Origin: Octopus vulgaris
Taxonomy: Eukaryota
Length of the DNA: 64,000 nucleotides
Assembly (NCBI GenBank): GCA_951406725.2
Contig: OX597821.1
Coordinates: forward strand, 81,964,001-82,028,000
Direction: 5' to 3'
The notes below the pieces were generated by a model. That model had not been told where the DNA came from. It did no database searches and saw nothing but the letters and a program-made list of their open reading frames with translations. A program made the translations under genes and the position numbers. Shown here in pieces: positions 1 to 13,083 of the stretch (position 1 is its first letter; every line of letters starts with the position of its first letter).

Positions 1-171
1 GTATATATATATATGTATATATATATAGGAAGAAAGAGAGGGCAAGAAGAAAAAGAGAGAGATAGATAGAAATACTAAGAGAGTGACTATATCAATGGTA
101 ATAAGTAGATATAAGGAAACACAACACATGTGCATGCGTGTTCTTCACATATGTACAAACACACGCACACA

Positions 172-207
<36 letters not shown>

Positions 208-756
208 CTGTCAAAACCAATTGAAGACAATCATTTTAAAAATGCACACATGTGTGAAGCTAGAAATAGAGAAACTAATTCATTAATTATAGGTATAAAC
301 AAATATAAACATACGTGCACAGACTGACCCCACCCACACACCCATCCACCCACCAAATGTTGACAATTATAAATGGAAGAAAATAAAGGAGAAATTTTGA
401 TACGATATAAGAATCTTCTGCAACATAAGTGCGTATGGCAGTGTATGAGTGCAGGCATATGTGTATCTATTCATTATTGTTATCATCATCATTTTACACA
501 CACACACACATGCACAAATACACATGATGTATTAGTTTATATATGTGTGCGTGTATGTGTATATATATATATGTATATGTATGTATGTTTATACATATAT
601 ATATATATACTATATCTAAACATACAGTCATAAACAAGCAAACATACATGAACACTCGGATGTACTAAAATGTACTATCCAAAAGTATTATATACATATA
701 TATATTTATAAACACACACACATATGTATATGTATGTATATATATATATGTATGTG

Positions 757-790
<34 letters not shown>

Positions 791-1143
791 TGAATATATG
801 TATGTATGAATATATGTATGTGTATATATGTATGTATGCATGTATGTATGCAAGTATGTATGTGTGTGTGTGTGAGTGTGTGAGTGTGTGAGTGTGTGTG
901 CGTGTATCTCACATTCATGAAGAACTAAATGTTTTCATTCAAACTTTGCGTAAGATATAAAGAAAAACAAAATTCCATTTCTTGTTTTCTACTAATTAAT
1001 CTCTGAAGTTCAATATTGGGAAATATAAACAGATAAAAAATAAGAAAAAAACCCCTTCAAAACATAACATATTTAACAAGTATTCGTCAATTATCAGTCA
1101 TATTGTTTTAGTTGTCAGACAATTCCAAGGTGATAACCCTTAC

Positions 1144-1209
1144 CTTTTTAGAAGATTTTTCAGTTTTCTGTTGACTGCTCTGTTGCCGGTTGTGTGCAAA
1201 CTTCAGCAT
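1144..1209 (-). CDS. Candidate alternative first coding exon MLKFAHNRQQSSQQKTEKSSKK (may extend to an acceptor at 1239 as IFRESHTVPTMLKF...)
   Basis: ACC-ATG context, 22 open codons, ends in phase 0 at a strong donor AAG|GTAAGG. Lies in a repeat-free island. No homology recognised. Confidence 0.45.
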
Positions 1210-1616
1210 GGTTGGAACAGTATGAGACTCACGAAAAATCTGAGAATGTTACCACACAACTACCTGTAGTTTGATTCTTAAACCAAGTAAAATTGTCCTT
1301 GCTGTGTTGTTTGTTTTTCTTTTTCCACCTCTTTCCCTGGACTTTTGGTGAAGAGAGGGTATGGTGTTTGTTTCTTTATTGTTTTTTTTTCTTTTACGTA
1401 GGTTTCAACAATTTTTTTTTTGTTTTTTATAATTTATTTGTTTAAGACTCTACGGTGTTTCAGAATTGGTAAGACATAGCTCAGCCAGTTGCTTTCACTT
1501 AAAGATGGACAACCAGGCATTTCAGATGTGATGGTAACATTTGTTTAGCCTCACAGCTCACCTACCAGCAATGCCAAGAGTGGCAGGTGCTTTTACTTAG
1601 TTTTATAACACCTTAC

Positions 1617-1677
1617 CATGTTCCATTTTTACTCTAGTTCACTGACGTAATAGATTTCTCTAGAAATTCAACCCACA
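1617..1677 (-). other. Candidate 5'UTR exon ending in ATG
   Basis: Acceptor ttttgtatttatcAG| and donor ATG|GTAAGG, 61 nt. The terminal ATG (AAC ATG) is phase 0 and in frame with the 1144-1239 segment. Confidence 0.35.
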
Positions 1678-3141
1678 CTGATAAATACAAAATACATAGA
1701 AGTATATGTATATAAGAAAATACACAGAAGTATATATATATGTATGTATAAGAATAGAAAGAAAAAAAGCTATTGTAAGTTATCATTTCTGCTTCCACAT
1801 TTTGTGTAGAAGAGAGAAAAATGAAGATGAAGAATAAATGTTGGAGATTTGTTAAGCAAGAACGTTTTCTGTTTTAGAAGTTGTCCATAGAAAAAAAAGA
1901 GAGAAAGAGAGATAGAGAGTTAGTTACTGATGGAAATAACAGAACAAATACTAGCGCTGAGTTAAATCAAAATATTACAGCTGGCACTTGTTAGACCAAA
2001 AAATATTTCTTCAGTAAAATTGCTGTTGAAAGAACTATTAGTCAATTCTTTCGAAACATATTCCACCAACTTGGAAACACTTTCTGTGAAATACTTCCAA
2101 CAGTATTTTGAATAATTTGTAACTCATACTTATCCAGTTTCTGCTTCCATGGAGAATTTGGAACGTACTAGAACTAGAAACTTACATTCACTAAATGAAT
2201 AAATAAATAAATAAACATTATAGAAAGTAAAAAACAAAAAGTTGGGAAATAAAAAGATAATGCTTGAGAAAAGTGATGCTGTAGGGTTGTTGAACGGAAA
2301 TAATCTGTCTGTAAAATTATCAGTAAGGTTTTCTATATATAAACATCACAACCATTCTAAGGGCCCACCACTGGCCCTGGAGGTATGATATTTCAATTAT
2401 AATGGCTGCTATCAGAAAGCCACAGCTGCCAAGTAGGGCTGCTGCTTAGCTCCCTTCAAGTAAGTGGCTTACTGAATATACAGGGAGCTGAGAGTGGTAG
2501 GGAAGATGAGCCTGCTTGTTACAAAAGGGGCAACAGTGGTGGTAGAAACAGTAGTAGCAGTACCAGCAGTAGGGGCTGTATTGGTGGTGATGGTAGCAGA
2601 GTATGTGAGAGTTCCAAAGGGTCTGGTTTGGTAAATCTAGTTAGCGTATATAATAAGCTTCATAACACATAACAGCAAAACATGGAAAGTAGGTCCTGCT
2701 AGAAAGTTTCCAAATATAGAACATACAAAAATAGATTAGAGACTAACAGACATGGTCTACGGATCTCTGGAATGGATTAATTCCATAGCAATACAGCATA
2801 CAGGTCAAACTGTTGGCATGCAGACATTCATATCAATGAGTATCAACACATACGGTGGATCCATGTTGGTCTTGTCCATTCTTTATCCAATCAACTTAAT
2901 TGAGAGGTGATGCAGCAGAATCATTATTAAAGGTGCTCTGTCGGTGAAGATCCTGACTTTCGTTTCAGACATAATGTATCCAAAATTACATCACTTAGTA
3001 TGTCCTTTCTTCTTCTATGGCAACAGAGTGGAATTTGAGAGCAAAGTGGTTGTTCTATCAAGCAGGTGGTATGAATTTATAGAGAGGCAACCCCAATGCA
3101 TTATGCCAGGCTGTCTTGTAATTTGTTGGTCAATTAGCTTG

Positions 3142-3249
3142 CACATACATACACACATACATACATACATACATACATACATACATACATACATACATAC
3201 ATACATACATACATACATACACACACACATACATACATACATACATACA

Positions 3250-3283
<34 letters not shown>

Positions 3284-3340
3284 CATACATACATACATAC
3301 ATACATACATACATACATACATACATACATACATACATAC
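3142..3340. repeat. (ATAC)n microsatellite
   Basis: Direct reading, ~200 bp. Confidence 0.95.
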
Positions 3341-3900
3341 TAACAGGCTGAAACACTTGATGGGAGTTCTTCCTTTAAAGATTTCCCTGCTCACCCCTAG
3401 AAAGTGAGTATGTACACACACACACACAAAACTTAAGGTATATGTTTGTAATCCTAAAATTCTATTCACCAAACACAGACACAAACAAACTGGCTTAACC
3501 TAGAGAAAGTGGTTGTGCACATGCCCTTTGCAGGTCCCTAGAAACTGATGAGATTGATGTAGTTCATATTCTGTCGCACAAATTAACAGCTATGGAAATA
3601 AAAAAAAAGACAGCATTCTGAACCACAAACATTGCCAACAATGAAAATGAAACTGCAGAAAGTGGCTTTCCATGAAGTCCATTGCACAGGTTGACAATAA
3701 GTCCTTTGATATCTTTCCACATACAGGTGCAAGCATGGGTGTATAGTTAAGAAGCTGGCTTTGAAACCATATAGCACTTTTAGCAAATGTCTTTTAGTAT
3801 AGCCCGGGGCCAACAACCCGTACCTTGTGAGTGAATTTGGTAATTTGGTTAAAGGAGACTAGAGACAATGAGGAAGCCTGTTCAGTATATATATATACCG

Positions 3901-5682
3901 CTTGTGGTACCAGTGCCGGTGGCACACAAGAATCCATCCGAACATGGCCGTAGTCAGTACCGCATCACTGGCCATCGTGCTGTGGGCACATAACAAACAC
4001 CATCCGGTCGTGGCCGTTCGCCAGCCTCATCTAGCACCTGTGTCGGTGGCACATAAAAACACCATCCGAAGACCCGGCAAGACTAGTCAGGCCATAAACC
4101 ATGGCCCCTACCTGGGACGTAGTCAGTCCACCTGTGCATACCTTCCTCCTTGTGATACTTGTGAAGGCCTGTTGAGGCAAGTGAAAATCAAAATCAAAAT
4201 CAAATCAAAACAAATCAAAATAGATGAACATCAATGGAATTTGTATCTTTGTGGTACCAGTGCCGGTGGCACACAAGAGAAAACCATCCGAAAGTGGCCG
4301 TAGCCAGTACCGCATCGACTGGCCTCCGTGCTGTGGGCACATGACAAACACCATCCGATCGTGGCCGTTCGCCAGCCTCATCTAGCACCTGTGTCGGTGG
4401 CACATAAAAACACCATCCGAAGACCCGGCAAGACTAGTCAGGCCATAACCCATGGCCCCTACCTGGGACGTAGTCAGTCCACCTGTGCATACCTTCCTTC
4501 TTGTGACACTTGTGAAGACCTGTTGAGGCAAGTGAAAATCAAAATCAAAACAAATCAAAATAGATGAACATCAATGGAATCTGTATCTTTGTGGTACCAG
4601 TGCCGGTGGCACACACTTTGTGGTACCAGTGCCGGTGGCACACAAGAGAACCATCCGAACGTGGCCGTAGCCAGTTCCGCATCGACCGGCCTCCGTGCTG
4701 TGGGCACGTAACAAACACCATCCGACCATGGCCGTTCGCCAGCCTCATCTGGCACCTGTGTCGGTGGCACATAAAAACACCTTCCGAAGACCCGGCAAGA
4801 CTAGTCAGTCCACCTGTGCATACCTTCCTTCTTGTGACACTTGTGAATACATACATACATACATACATACATACATACATACATACATACATACATACAT
4901 AACATACATACATACATACATACATACATACACACACACAGAAATCCATCAGTGCTGTAGTCAGTGCGGTGGGCACATGACAAACACCATCCGATCGTGG
5001 CCGTTCGCCAGCCTCATCTAGCACCTGTGTCGGTGGCACATAAAAACACCATCCGAAGACCCGGCAAGACTAGTCAGGCCATAACCCATGGCCCCTACCT
5101 GGGACGTAGTCAGTCCACCTGTGCATACCTTCCTTCTTGTGACACTTGTGAAGACCTGTTGAGGCAAGTGAAAATCAAAACAAATCAAAATAGATGAACA
5201 TCAATGGAATTTGTATCTTTGTGGTACCAGTGCCGGTGGCACGTGGCACACAAGAAAACCATCCGAACGTGGCCGTAGCCAGTACCGCATCGACTGGCCT
5301 CCGTGCTGTGGGCACGTAACAAGCACCATCCGATCGTGGTCGTTTGCCAGCCTCATCTGGCACCTGTGTCGGTGGCACATAAAAACACCATCCGAGCGTG
5401 GCCGTCTGCCAGCCTCGTCTGGCACCTGTGTCGGTGGCACATAAAAAAAAAACACCATCCGAGCGTGGCCGTTTGCCAGCCTCGTCTGGCACCTGTGTCG
5501 GTGGCACATAAAATCACCCACTACACTCTCGGAGTGGTTGGCGTTAGGAAGGGCATCCAGCTGTAGAAACACTGCCAGATCTGACTGGACTGGTGCAGCT
5601 TTCGGGCTCCCCAGACCCCAGTTGAACCGTCCAACCCATGCTAGCATGGAAAGCGGACGTTAAATGATGATGATGATGATGA

Positions 5683-5686
<4 letters not shown>
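3901..5686 (+). mobile_element. Expanded retroelement 3' region: higher-order tandem array ending in the (GAT)n-tailed 'GGAAGGGCATCCAGCTGTAGAAAC' terminus
   Basis: ~340-bp units start at ~3902, 4249, 4589 (truncated by (ATAC)n), ~4950 and 5219, each containing the GCCGGTGGCAC/GTCGGTGGCAC sub-repeat. The terminus is shared with about 17 other copies in the window. Confidence 0.85.
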
Positions 5687-5755
<69 letters not shown>

Positions 5756-6059
5756 GGAAATTACTTGGTACAGTTATAATATTTAGAGAAAGTATTTTTT
5801 CAAAAAGTTCAGATTAAGAAGAAAAAAATTTTTAGAGAGTAGAATGGTACTAACCTTTAGGAAAGAATTTCACAAATTGTGAAATAATAAATTTAATAAA
5901 TGCTTTAATAAATGTGCAAACACTTTCAGTTATCAATGGTGAGGACTGAAAGCACTTGCACATTTATTATATTGTCTTATATTATAGTTCTTGGCTGACC
6001 AATACCTTGTGAGTAGATTTGGTAGATGGCAAGTGAAAGAAGTCTGTTATACATACATA

Positions 6060-6101
<42 letters not shown>

Positions 6102-6964
6102 CATATGTGTGTATATATACACATGTGTGTGAATGTGTAATGTATGTCTGTGTCTCCTTGCCCCGACTTCACATGGTGGCTGTCAACGAATGCCACTGTC
6201 ATTCCTTTCCAATAATCTGCTAAAACATATCAGACCTTAGGAAAATATTTCTTTGCTTGGAAACAGGTGAGAGTTGGTGACAGGAAAGGCATCCAAGTGA
6301 AAAAAAATCTGCCTCAATAAAACTCTGTCTGACCCATGCAAGCATGGAAAAGTGGACGTTAAAACAATCATGATGGTCATAATGAGGGCATCTGGCTGTA
6401 AAATGCTGTCCCAAATGCCCTATCCAGCTCATGCCAGCATTGAAGAAACAGACACAAAAATGGTGATGATGGTGATGACGATGATGACGACAACGACAAC
6501 GATGATGATGATGGTAATGGTGTTGATCATGATGATGTAAACATGTATGAAGATAAATAAATGTTCAACACATAAACACTCATACATATACAACAAGTAC
6601 GGTCATATTTTGGCATAATTTTGAAATGTTATTTTTTGTCTTTTAGTTGCAGCTAAGAGCAACTTAAGTTGTGGATAAGTGTATTTATAACACCCTATCT
6701 ACATCTTGATTTATGTAGTGTTTATGTATATTGCTTCCCTAGGGAACTATAAAGATAAGTATGCTTGGTGGGCTATGGATGCTAAATCCACTTATGACTG
6801 CGTAGGACATGATGTTAACAGGATATGAATTTATAACCGAAATTTGAGTTAGAAGATACTGAAATATTATGTGTTTTAATGATGAATGACTCTGCAGCCA
6901 CCACTCAAACTCCTGCATTATCCAGGTGTTCTTCAGCTGGCATTCCAACGAAGGGAACTTCTTT

Positions 6965-7024
<60 letters not shown>

Positions 7025-7028
7025 GTAA

Positions 7029-7535
7029 GTGTTATCATTTACATTGTTTTGTCTTGGTATAAAAGATGGGCTACAGCAAATATTCTGCTCAATACCACAG
7101 ATTTTCTTGTCAGTTGTTTGACCTTAACCAGTGGAGCATGTCCCTTAGTGGCTGACGATATGTGCATCTCTGATCACAAGCAGGAGTAGTGGGGGAGCAT
7201 CATAGCCATATGTTGAGAGGAATTCTTTGGGGTTTGAATAATTCACCTCTAGAAACATGGGTGGTTCGTTCAACATCCTTAAACAATCCTTATTCAGGGA
7301 CCTTTTGACCAGGATGGGTTACTCGACCAGAAGAAAATTCTAACTGGGCCCCACCTGCAAAGTCATATGCTGTTTATCTCGATATGAGATCACCATGTCA
7401 CGCATATATGGTTGTGATGCATGTGCCTGGTGTACCCTTATCAGATGGGTAGTCATGATGGGTATACTGAGCTTCGTATATTCTACCCCAGTGTCACTTT
7501 GATGGTATGTACTGCTCTCTCACTCAATAATAATA
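7029..7535 (+). mobile_element. ~500-bp non-coding element D embedded in (AAT)n
   Basis: Ends ...GTGTCACTTTGATGG...CTCTCTCACTC(AAT)n. Other copies at 30528-31085 (-), 29620-29867 (-, partial) and 47484-47810 (+). Confidence 0.8.
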
Positions 7536-7665
7536 AAGAACTGTTACCAAATGTCTCTTGTTCAGAGATTTAAAAATAATAATTTTCTATTTATATCTAT
7601 ATTGCCATCATTTAATGTCCATTTTCCATGCTGGCATGTGTTGGATAAATTTCTATCTATCTAAC

Positions 7666-7700
<35 letters not shown>

Positions 7701-8794
7701 ATGTATGTATGTATGTATGTATGTTTGTATGTATGTATGTTTGTATGTATGTATGTATGTATGCATGAATGTATGTATGTATGTATGCATGAATGTATGT
7801 ATGTATATATTTATCCAAGCCATGCCATCATGGAAGACGGACACATTCCATCTCCTATTTTATTAATACTGTTACTCCAACCACCACTGTGGTGTTCCTG
7901 CAATAAATTTACAGATAACAACAGGTAACCGAAATGGTGCTGGTGCTTTATTCATTATCCATTTATACATTTTGTACAATTTCTCCATTATATATATATA
8001 TATTATGTATACACTTACACTTATATGTAAGTTTACATTTAAACAAAAATAAAATGTACAAGGGTATAGAGTATGTACACCAATATAGAACAAAATGAGA
8101 ATCTAAAGTTATCATAATTTCATCCTCTTTTAAGATATATTTTGACAATTTACTTTGTTGAAATCTCAATGTGTCCACCCTGTAAAGTGGTTGGTATTAG
8201 GAAGGTATAAGAAACCATCCCAAAATGAACACTGGAGCTCAGTGCAGTGTTTGGGCCTATTGGATTGTGACAAAACTGTCCAACCCACGCAAGCATGGAC
8301 GGAAGATGTTTAATGTTGACGATGATGATGATGTATTTACTGTTCAATCTCAGTTAACTAGCAATAAATTCAAGCTTGCTTGTTGAACTTAATAGATTGT
8401 AAATAAACTACTATGAATGGAGTTAATTTTTTTTTCTTTAAAATTATCCAAGTGAACTCAATGAGAGTCACACCCCTTAGAATGTACAATAAAGAAGGTT
8501 ATTTCATGAGTTCAGTCAAAATCAAATCAAAACAAGAGTGACATATAAACTTTACAAAACACAGATGACATATTTTGCAGCTGAATGGAAGTAACCATCA
8601 TTATGGACAGAGAGGATCAAGGTAAACATAGCAAAGTATCAGCAACAACAACAGTAATACTCATTATTTGTATTACACCCTCCACCCCACCACACACACA
8701 CAAAGTATAGAAAAGAAAAGTTAGTAGAAAAATGTTCTAAAAGAAATTGCAGTCACGAATAAAGTCATAAATATAAATCTTTTTTATCTTTTAT

Positions 8795-9240
8795 GTCTTT
8801 TGGTTGTTTCAGTCATTTGATTGTGGCCATGCTGGGGCACCATCTTGAAGGGTTAAGTTGAACAAAGTAACCCCCCCCTCCGCCACCCAGTACTTATTTT
8901 TAAGGCTGATACTTATTCCATCGGTTTCTTTTTGATGATGCGCTAAGTTATAGGGACATAAACAAACCAAGATTGGTTGTCAAGCAATGGTGGAGGACAA
9001 ACACAGACACATACACAAACACACACATAGATGCATGCGTGCACACACACACACACACACACAAACACACACAGTTACAATGTGGTTCTTTCTATTTCTG
9101 TAACCAAATCCACTCACAAGGTGTTGGTCAGGCTGGGGCTATAGGTGAAGACACTTGCCCAAGGTGCCCTGCAGTGGGACTGAACTCAAGACCACATTGG
9201 TGAAAAGCAAGCTTCTTAACGATACAGCCACACCTGTGCC
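8795..9240 (-). mobile_element. SINE type A, full length
   Basis: Same head, body and tail as 53231-53633, more diverged. Confidence 0.85.
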
Positions 9241-9397
9241 TATACCATACCTGCGCTGTATAGGCATACCTTTCTATTAAATGTATGGCAAAAAAATTGA
9301 TCAGAAACTGTTTGCTGAGCTCACATTATTTTACCTGTTATTAAACATGTAAACCATTGAAACCAGTCATATATAATTGTTTTCACAGTTGATAATC

Positions 9398-9612
9398 TTT
9401 CCTACTCTAGGTACAAGGCCTGAAATTTTTGGGGAGATGGGGCCAGTCAATTAGATTGACCTCAGTACGCAACTGGTACTTAATTTATTGACCCCAAAAG
9501 GATGAAGGGCAGAGTCAACCTAGGCGGAATTTGAACTCAGAATGTAAAGATAGACGAAATACCACCAAGCATTTCGCCTGGCATTCCATCGTTTCTGCCA
9601 GCTCATTGCCCT
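9398..9612 (-). mobile_element. SINE type B (central block GTCGACTTTGCCTTTCATCCTTTCGGGGTCGATAAA.TAAGTACCAG, resembling the MetaSINE domain as I recall it)
   Basis: Head GAGCTGGCAGAA...GAAATGCTT...TTCTGAGTTCAAATTCCGCC. More than 15 copies (e.g. 11865, 14750, 26380, 30295, 31180, 43370). Confidence 0.8.
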
Positions 9613-10038
9613 TTTCACAGTTGATAATATCAAAATCAAACATCTCTTATTCCCCATAACCCAATCACAGATACAACATCATACTATATCATTGATAATC
9701 TATGGTATCAGTAGGAATATCAATGGAATGTTTTGGTGCATAGCACATTGGGCAAGTGTCTTCTGCTATAGCCCTGGACCAACTAATGCTTTGTGAGTGA
9801 ATTTGATAGATAGAAACTGTGTGGAATTCTGTAGTATATGTGTGTGTATGTATGTATACTGTATGTATGTGTGTGATGTCTTGACTTGTATGTGACATAG
9901 ATTTAAACAAGGGAGGGTTGTGCAATGTCATCTGCCTCACTCTCTTGCTCCTTCCTACCTGATTCCAGTGGCAAGACAAAGTCAAGATGACTAGAGATAG
10001 GTTGGGATGCAATGGGTGGCCACAGTGTCTTTTGTTCC

Positions 10039-10281
10039 TCATAAAAAGAGAAGACTTAATTAGCACTGGAAATGTGGTTAGTAATAATTAATTAGTAATA
10101 GTTTGAGAGACAGAGAGAGAAGGAATTTGAGTAATATGAGGAACTGTTGTGATTCACCTTCTTCTCAGTGTTGACTGTCCAACTGGGTTATATATAAGAT
10201 GAACCCTACCTGTCTAGCCTATCACTAGAACCTACAGCAAATTCCCTTTCTGGCTCACACGTCTACATGCATCATTCTGCT
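10039..10281 (+). repeat. ~243-bp local direct duplication, copy 1 (copy 2 at 11396-11640)
   Basis: TAATTAGCACTGGAAATGTGGTTAGTAAT...GAACTGTTGTGATTCACCTTCTTCTCAGTG...TCATTCTGCT is present twice with scattered substitutions. Confidence 0.9.
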
Positions 10282-10289
10282 TCTCTGCA

Positions 10290-10650
10290 TAGTCCACCAG
10301 GTTCAGTCTTCAGATGCATAGGTAGTTAAGCCCTTGATCACTGAAGGTTGAAAACCATCAGTTACCCTCACTATAGTTTAGCTGCCCTGCCTAGCATAGC
10401 TGCACCAACAGTGGTGCCACCTTCTGTGAACAGAATAGGATTGCAGGAGCACAAAGCAAACACGAGCTGCACAAGTCCTGAGCCAACTCCTTGCCTTCAT
10501 TCCCAGAAGACCACCAGTGTTTGACCTGTAGCAGAACCTTTTGAGCATACCTCAGCCTGATTGGCCACAGCTGGACACACTGTGACCCATCTTCTTCTCC
10601 CATGTGATGTCCTTATTCATCGTCGACAACAATGGACAATTATTATTATC
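10290..10650 (+). mobile_element. RTE-clade LINE 3' end (decayed ORF C-terminus with C2H2 finger)
   Basis: Reads ...SGATFCEQNRIAGAQSKHELHKS*ANSLPSFPEDHQCLTCSRTF*AYLSLIGHSWTH. The stops are TGA where Arg (CGA) is expected. CxxC...H...H terminal finger and short (TAT)n tail, as in RTE elements. Confidence 0.75.
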
Positions 10651-10939
10651 ATATATATGTGAATATGTGTGAGCATGTGTCTGTGTTTGTCCCCCTGCCA
10701 CTGCTTGAAACCAGTGTTGGCTTGTTTACATCCCTCTAACTTAATGGTTTGACAAAAAAGACCAATAGTTCCAGACTTAAAAAAAGTACTGAGGCTGATT
10801 TGTTCAACTAAAACCCTTCAAGGCAGTTTCCCAGCATGAACACAATCCAGTGACTGAAACAAGTGAAAGATAAAAATAAAAATAAAACCCACTCTATTTG
10901 GTAAAGAAGACAAAATTATTTAGTTAAAATTTTACCTAC

Positions 10940-10977
10940 CTCTGTTTCACATTTCCTGTGACAAATAATGTGACAAT
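10940..10977 (-). CDS. TNS: 38-bp coding exon, second half of C1 domain: (D)CHIICHRKCETE
   Basis: Minus strand: acceptor cctatcttttttgtAG| and donor GAG|GTAGGT. Phase 1 to phase 0. It joins the 18661 exon (G+AT=Asp) to give CVDCHIICHRKC (C-x2-C-x4-H-x2-C) across a 7683-bp intron. A short exon ending just after HRKC-xxx matches the tensin exon layout as I recall it. Confidence 0.85.
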
Positions 10978-12314
10978 CTACAAAAAAGATAGGGAAAAAG
11001 AATGGATGAGAGAGGATTTAGAAAAAATATTCACTGAAGGAAAATCATATAAAATATCTGCTTTGCATGTGTTTTTATCAATGCTTTTCTAAACCAGAAA
11101 ATATCTCACATTTACAGGATTTGTTCAGTATCACTGGACAGTTAGACACACAACACTTGTATACCTTTATACAAGAATACAGTAACTGAATAAATAGATA
11201 TGAATTAAGAAAAATGGACAACTGAAATGGTTTACAAAAATAGTCCAGTTTGGTTACTCGGACTAATTCATAACTGTGTATCTAAACAAACTGCTTCCTA
11301 CGCATCGTAACCTATAAGCACTTTTCTCCATTTCCCCCGGGTCTCAGGGATACTGCAAAAAAGTTATGAGCACTGTCTTACCTATTTTGATTAAATCATA
11401 AAAAGAAAAAGTCATAATTAGCACTGGAAATGTGGTTAGTAATTATTAATTAGTAATAGTTTGAGAGAGAGAGAGAGAGGGAGGGTTGAGTAATATGAGG
11501 AACTGTTGTGATTCACCTTCTTCTCAGTGTCGACTGTCCAACTGGGTTATATCTGAGATGAATCCTACCTGTCTAGCCTATCACTAGAACCTACACCAAA
11601 TTCCCTTTCTAGCTCACATGTCTGCATGCCTCATTCTGCTCCTACTGCCCAAATCCAAAGAACACTCATGCTGGTCCTACTTCCACCCACTTAAGGTCAC
11701 TGACTCTTCCTCTTCCGGTAGGGCCCCTCAGCCATTGACATCACTGACCCTTTCCTCCTGGTTCACTGCATCTCCATAAGATGGTTAGAAAATTGCTGTA
11801 TATGTTAACAACAAAAAGGTTTCTCTCTTTGTACAGAGAAAAGGTAGCGTGTGGCATACATCGTAAGGTGGTGAGCTGGGGAAAATGCTTAGTAGTGTTT
11901 CATCCATCTTTATGTTCTGAGTTCAAATTCCACTGAGGTTTACTTCACATTTCATCCTTTTGGGATCAATAAAATAAGTACCGTTTGAGCCCTGGGGTTA
12001 ATGTAATTGACTTGCCACCTTTCCTGAATTTGCTGGCCTTGTGCCAAAATTTGAAACCAGTATGCAGCATACATGAGTAATATAATACAGTATGGTTTTC
12101 AACCAGAAGGAAATTAAGTGAAGGATCAAGGGTCATGGTCCTATGTCATCTCCTTTTATGAGGATTAGCTTCTTGAGAACATCTTTACCATTTCATCTTC
12201 TGACTTGCTTAGCCTGTCTCTTCTACTCTGAATACACACAGAACTCTTTTTATACAGCTGCTATTCATCACATGTCAATATATCATCATAACCATCCTCC
12301 TCCTCCTCATTGTC

Positions 12315-12346
<32 letters not shown>

Positions 12347-13049
12347 CATGATCATCATGATCATCGTCATCATCACCATTTTAACATTCACATTTGAATG
12401 TCAGCATGGGTCAGATAGAGATAGATTTTCTACAACCTGATGCTCTTCCTGTCACCAATCTTCATCTGCTTCCAACCAAGGTAATATCTCCTCATTCTTA
12501 GACATGCTTTTGCAAAATTTTGGAAATGAATGACACTGCTTGTATGACAGTGACACTCATTTACAGCAGTTGTGCAGTGTCAAGACACGGAGACACCAGC
12601 ATACGTACTCTCACATACATATGAATGCGTGTGTATACAGGAAAGTGTATGGCTTAAGGATGTTGTGCTCATGATTATAGGGTTTTGGGTTTGATTTTTG
12701 AAGCAGGCAGCATGTTGCATTGTGTCCTTGAGCAAGACACTTCATCTCACCTTGTTCCAATCTAATTGGTTGAAATGAAACGAGGGCTGCACCAGGTGAG
12801 TGCTGGCATAGTATTCTTCCCTTCAGGCTGTCATGTTTTGGATGATCTGCTGGATCAGGGATCAGGGATTAGAGGGCTGACTGGGTGACTTGTGACTACA
12901 TGGGCACCTGAAAGAATTAGTTAAAGCATGGTACATACTGCCAAGTTACATTTGCTTGTGAGTGAAAGCTGTGATTGTGTATCATCATCATCATCATCAT
13001 CATCACCATCACCATCTTCCCTACCACTGCTGCCGCCGATGACACCACC

Positions 13050-13083
<34 letters not shown>

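Noticed and set aside
2186-2190. 5-nt microexon (tttAG|TGAAT|GTAAGT) on minus strand
   Set aside because: Frame-shifting length. More simply the 3' end of a longer non-coding exon, or chance.
2403-2672. ~90-codon stop-free plus-strand frame (…SGREDEPACYKRGNSGGRNSSSSTSSRG…)
   Set aside because: No ATG or convincing acceptor, low-complexity Gly/Ser content, and antisense to the supported gene.
3901-5510. CRISPR-like repeat-spacer appearance of the GGTGGCAC...AAAACACCATCCGA units
   Set aside because: The 'spacers' are themselves repeated, the units belong to a dispersed retroelement, the context is eukaryotic and there are no cas genes.
8581-8621. Plus-strand mini-exon (ttttgcAG|...AAG|GTAAAC)
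   Set aside because: Isolated, no partner exons, no recognisable peptide.
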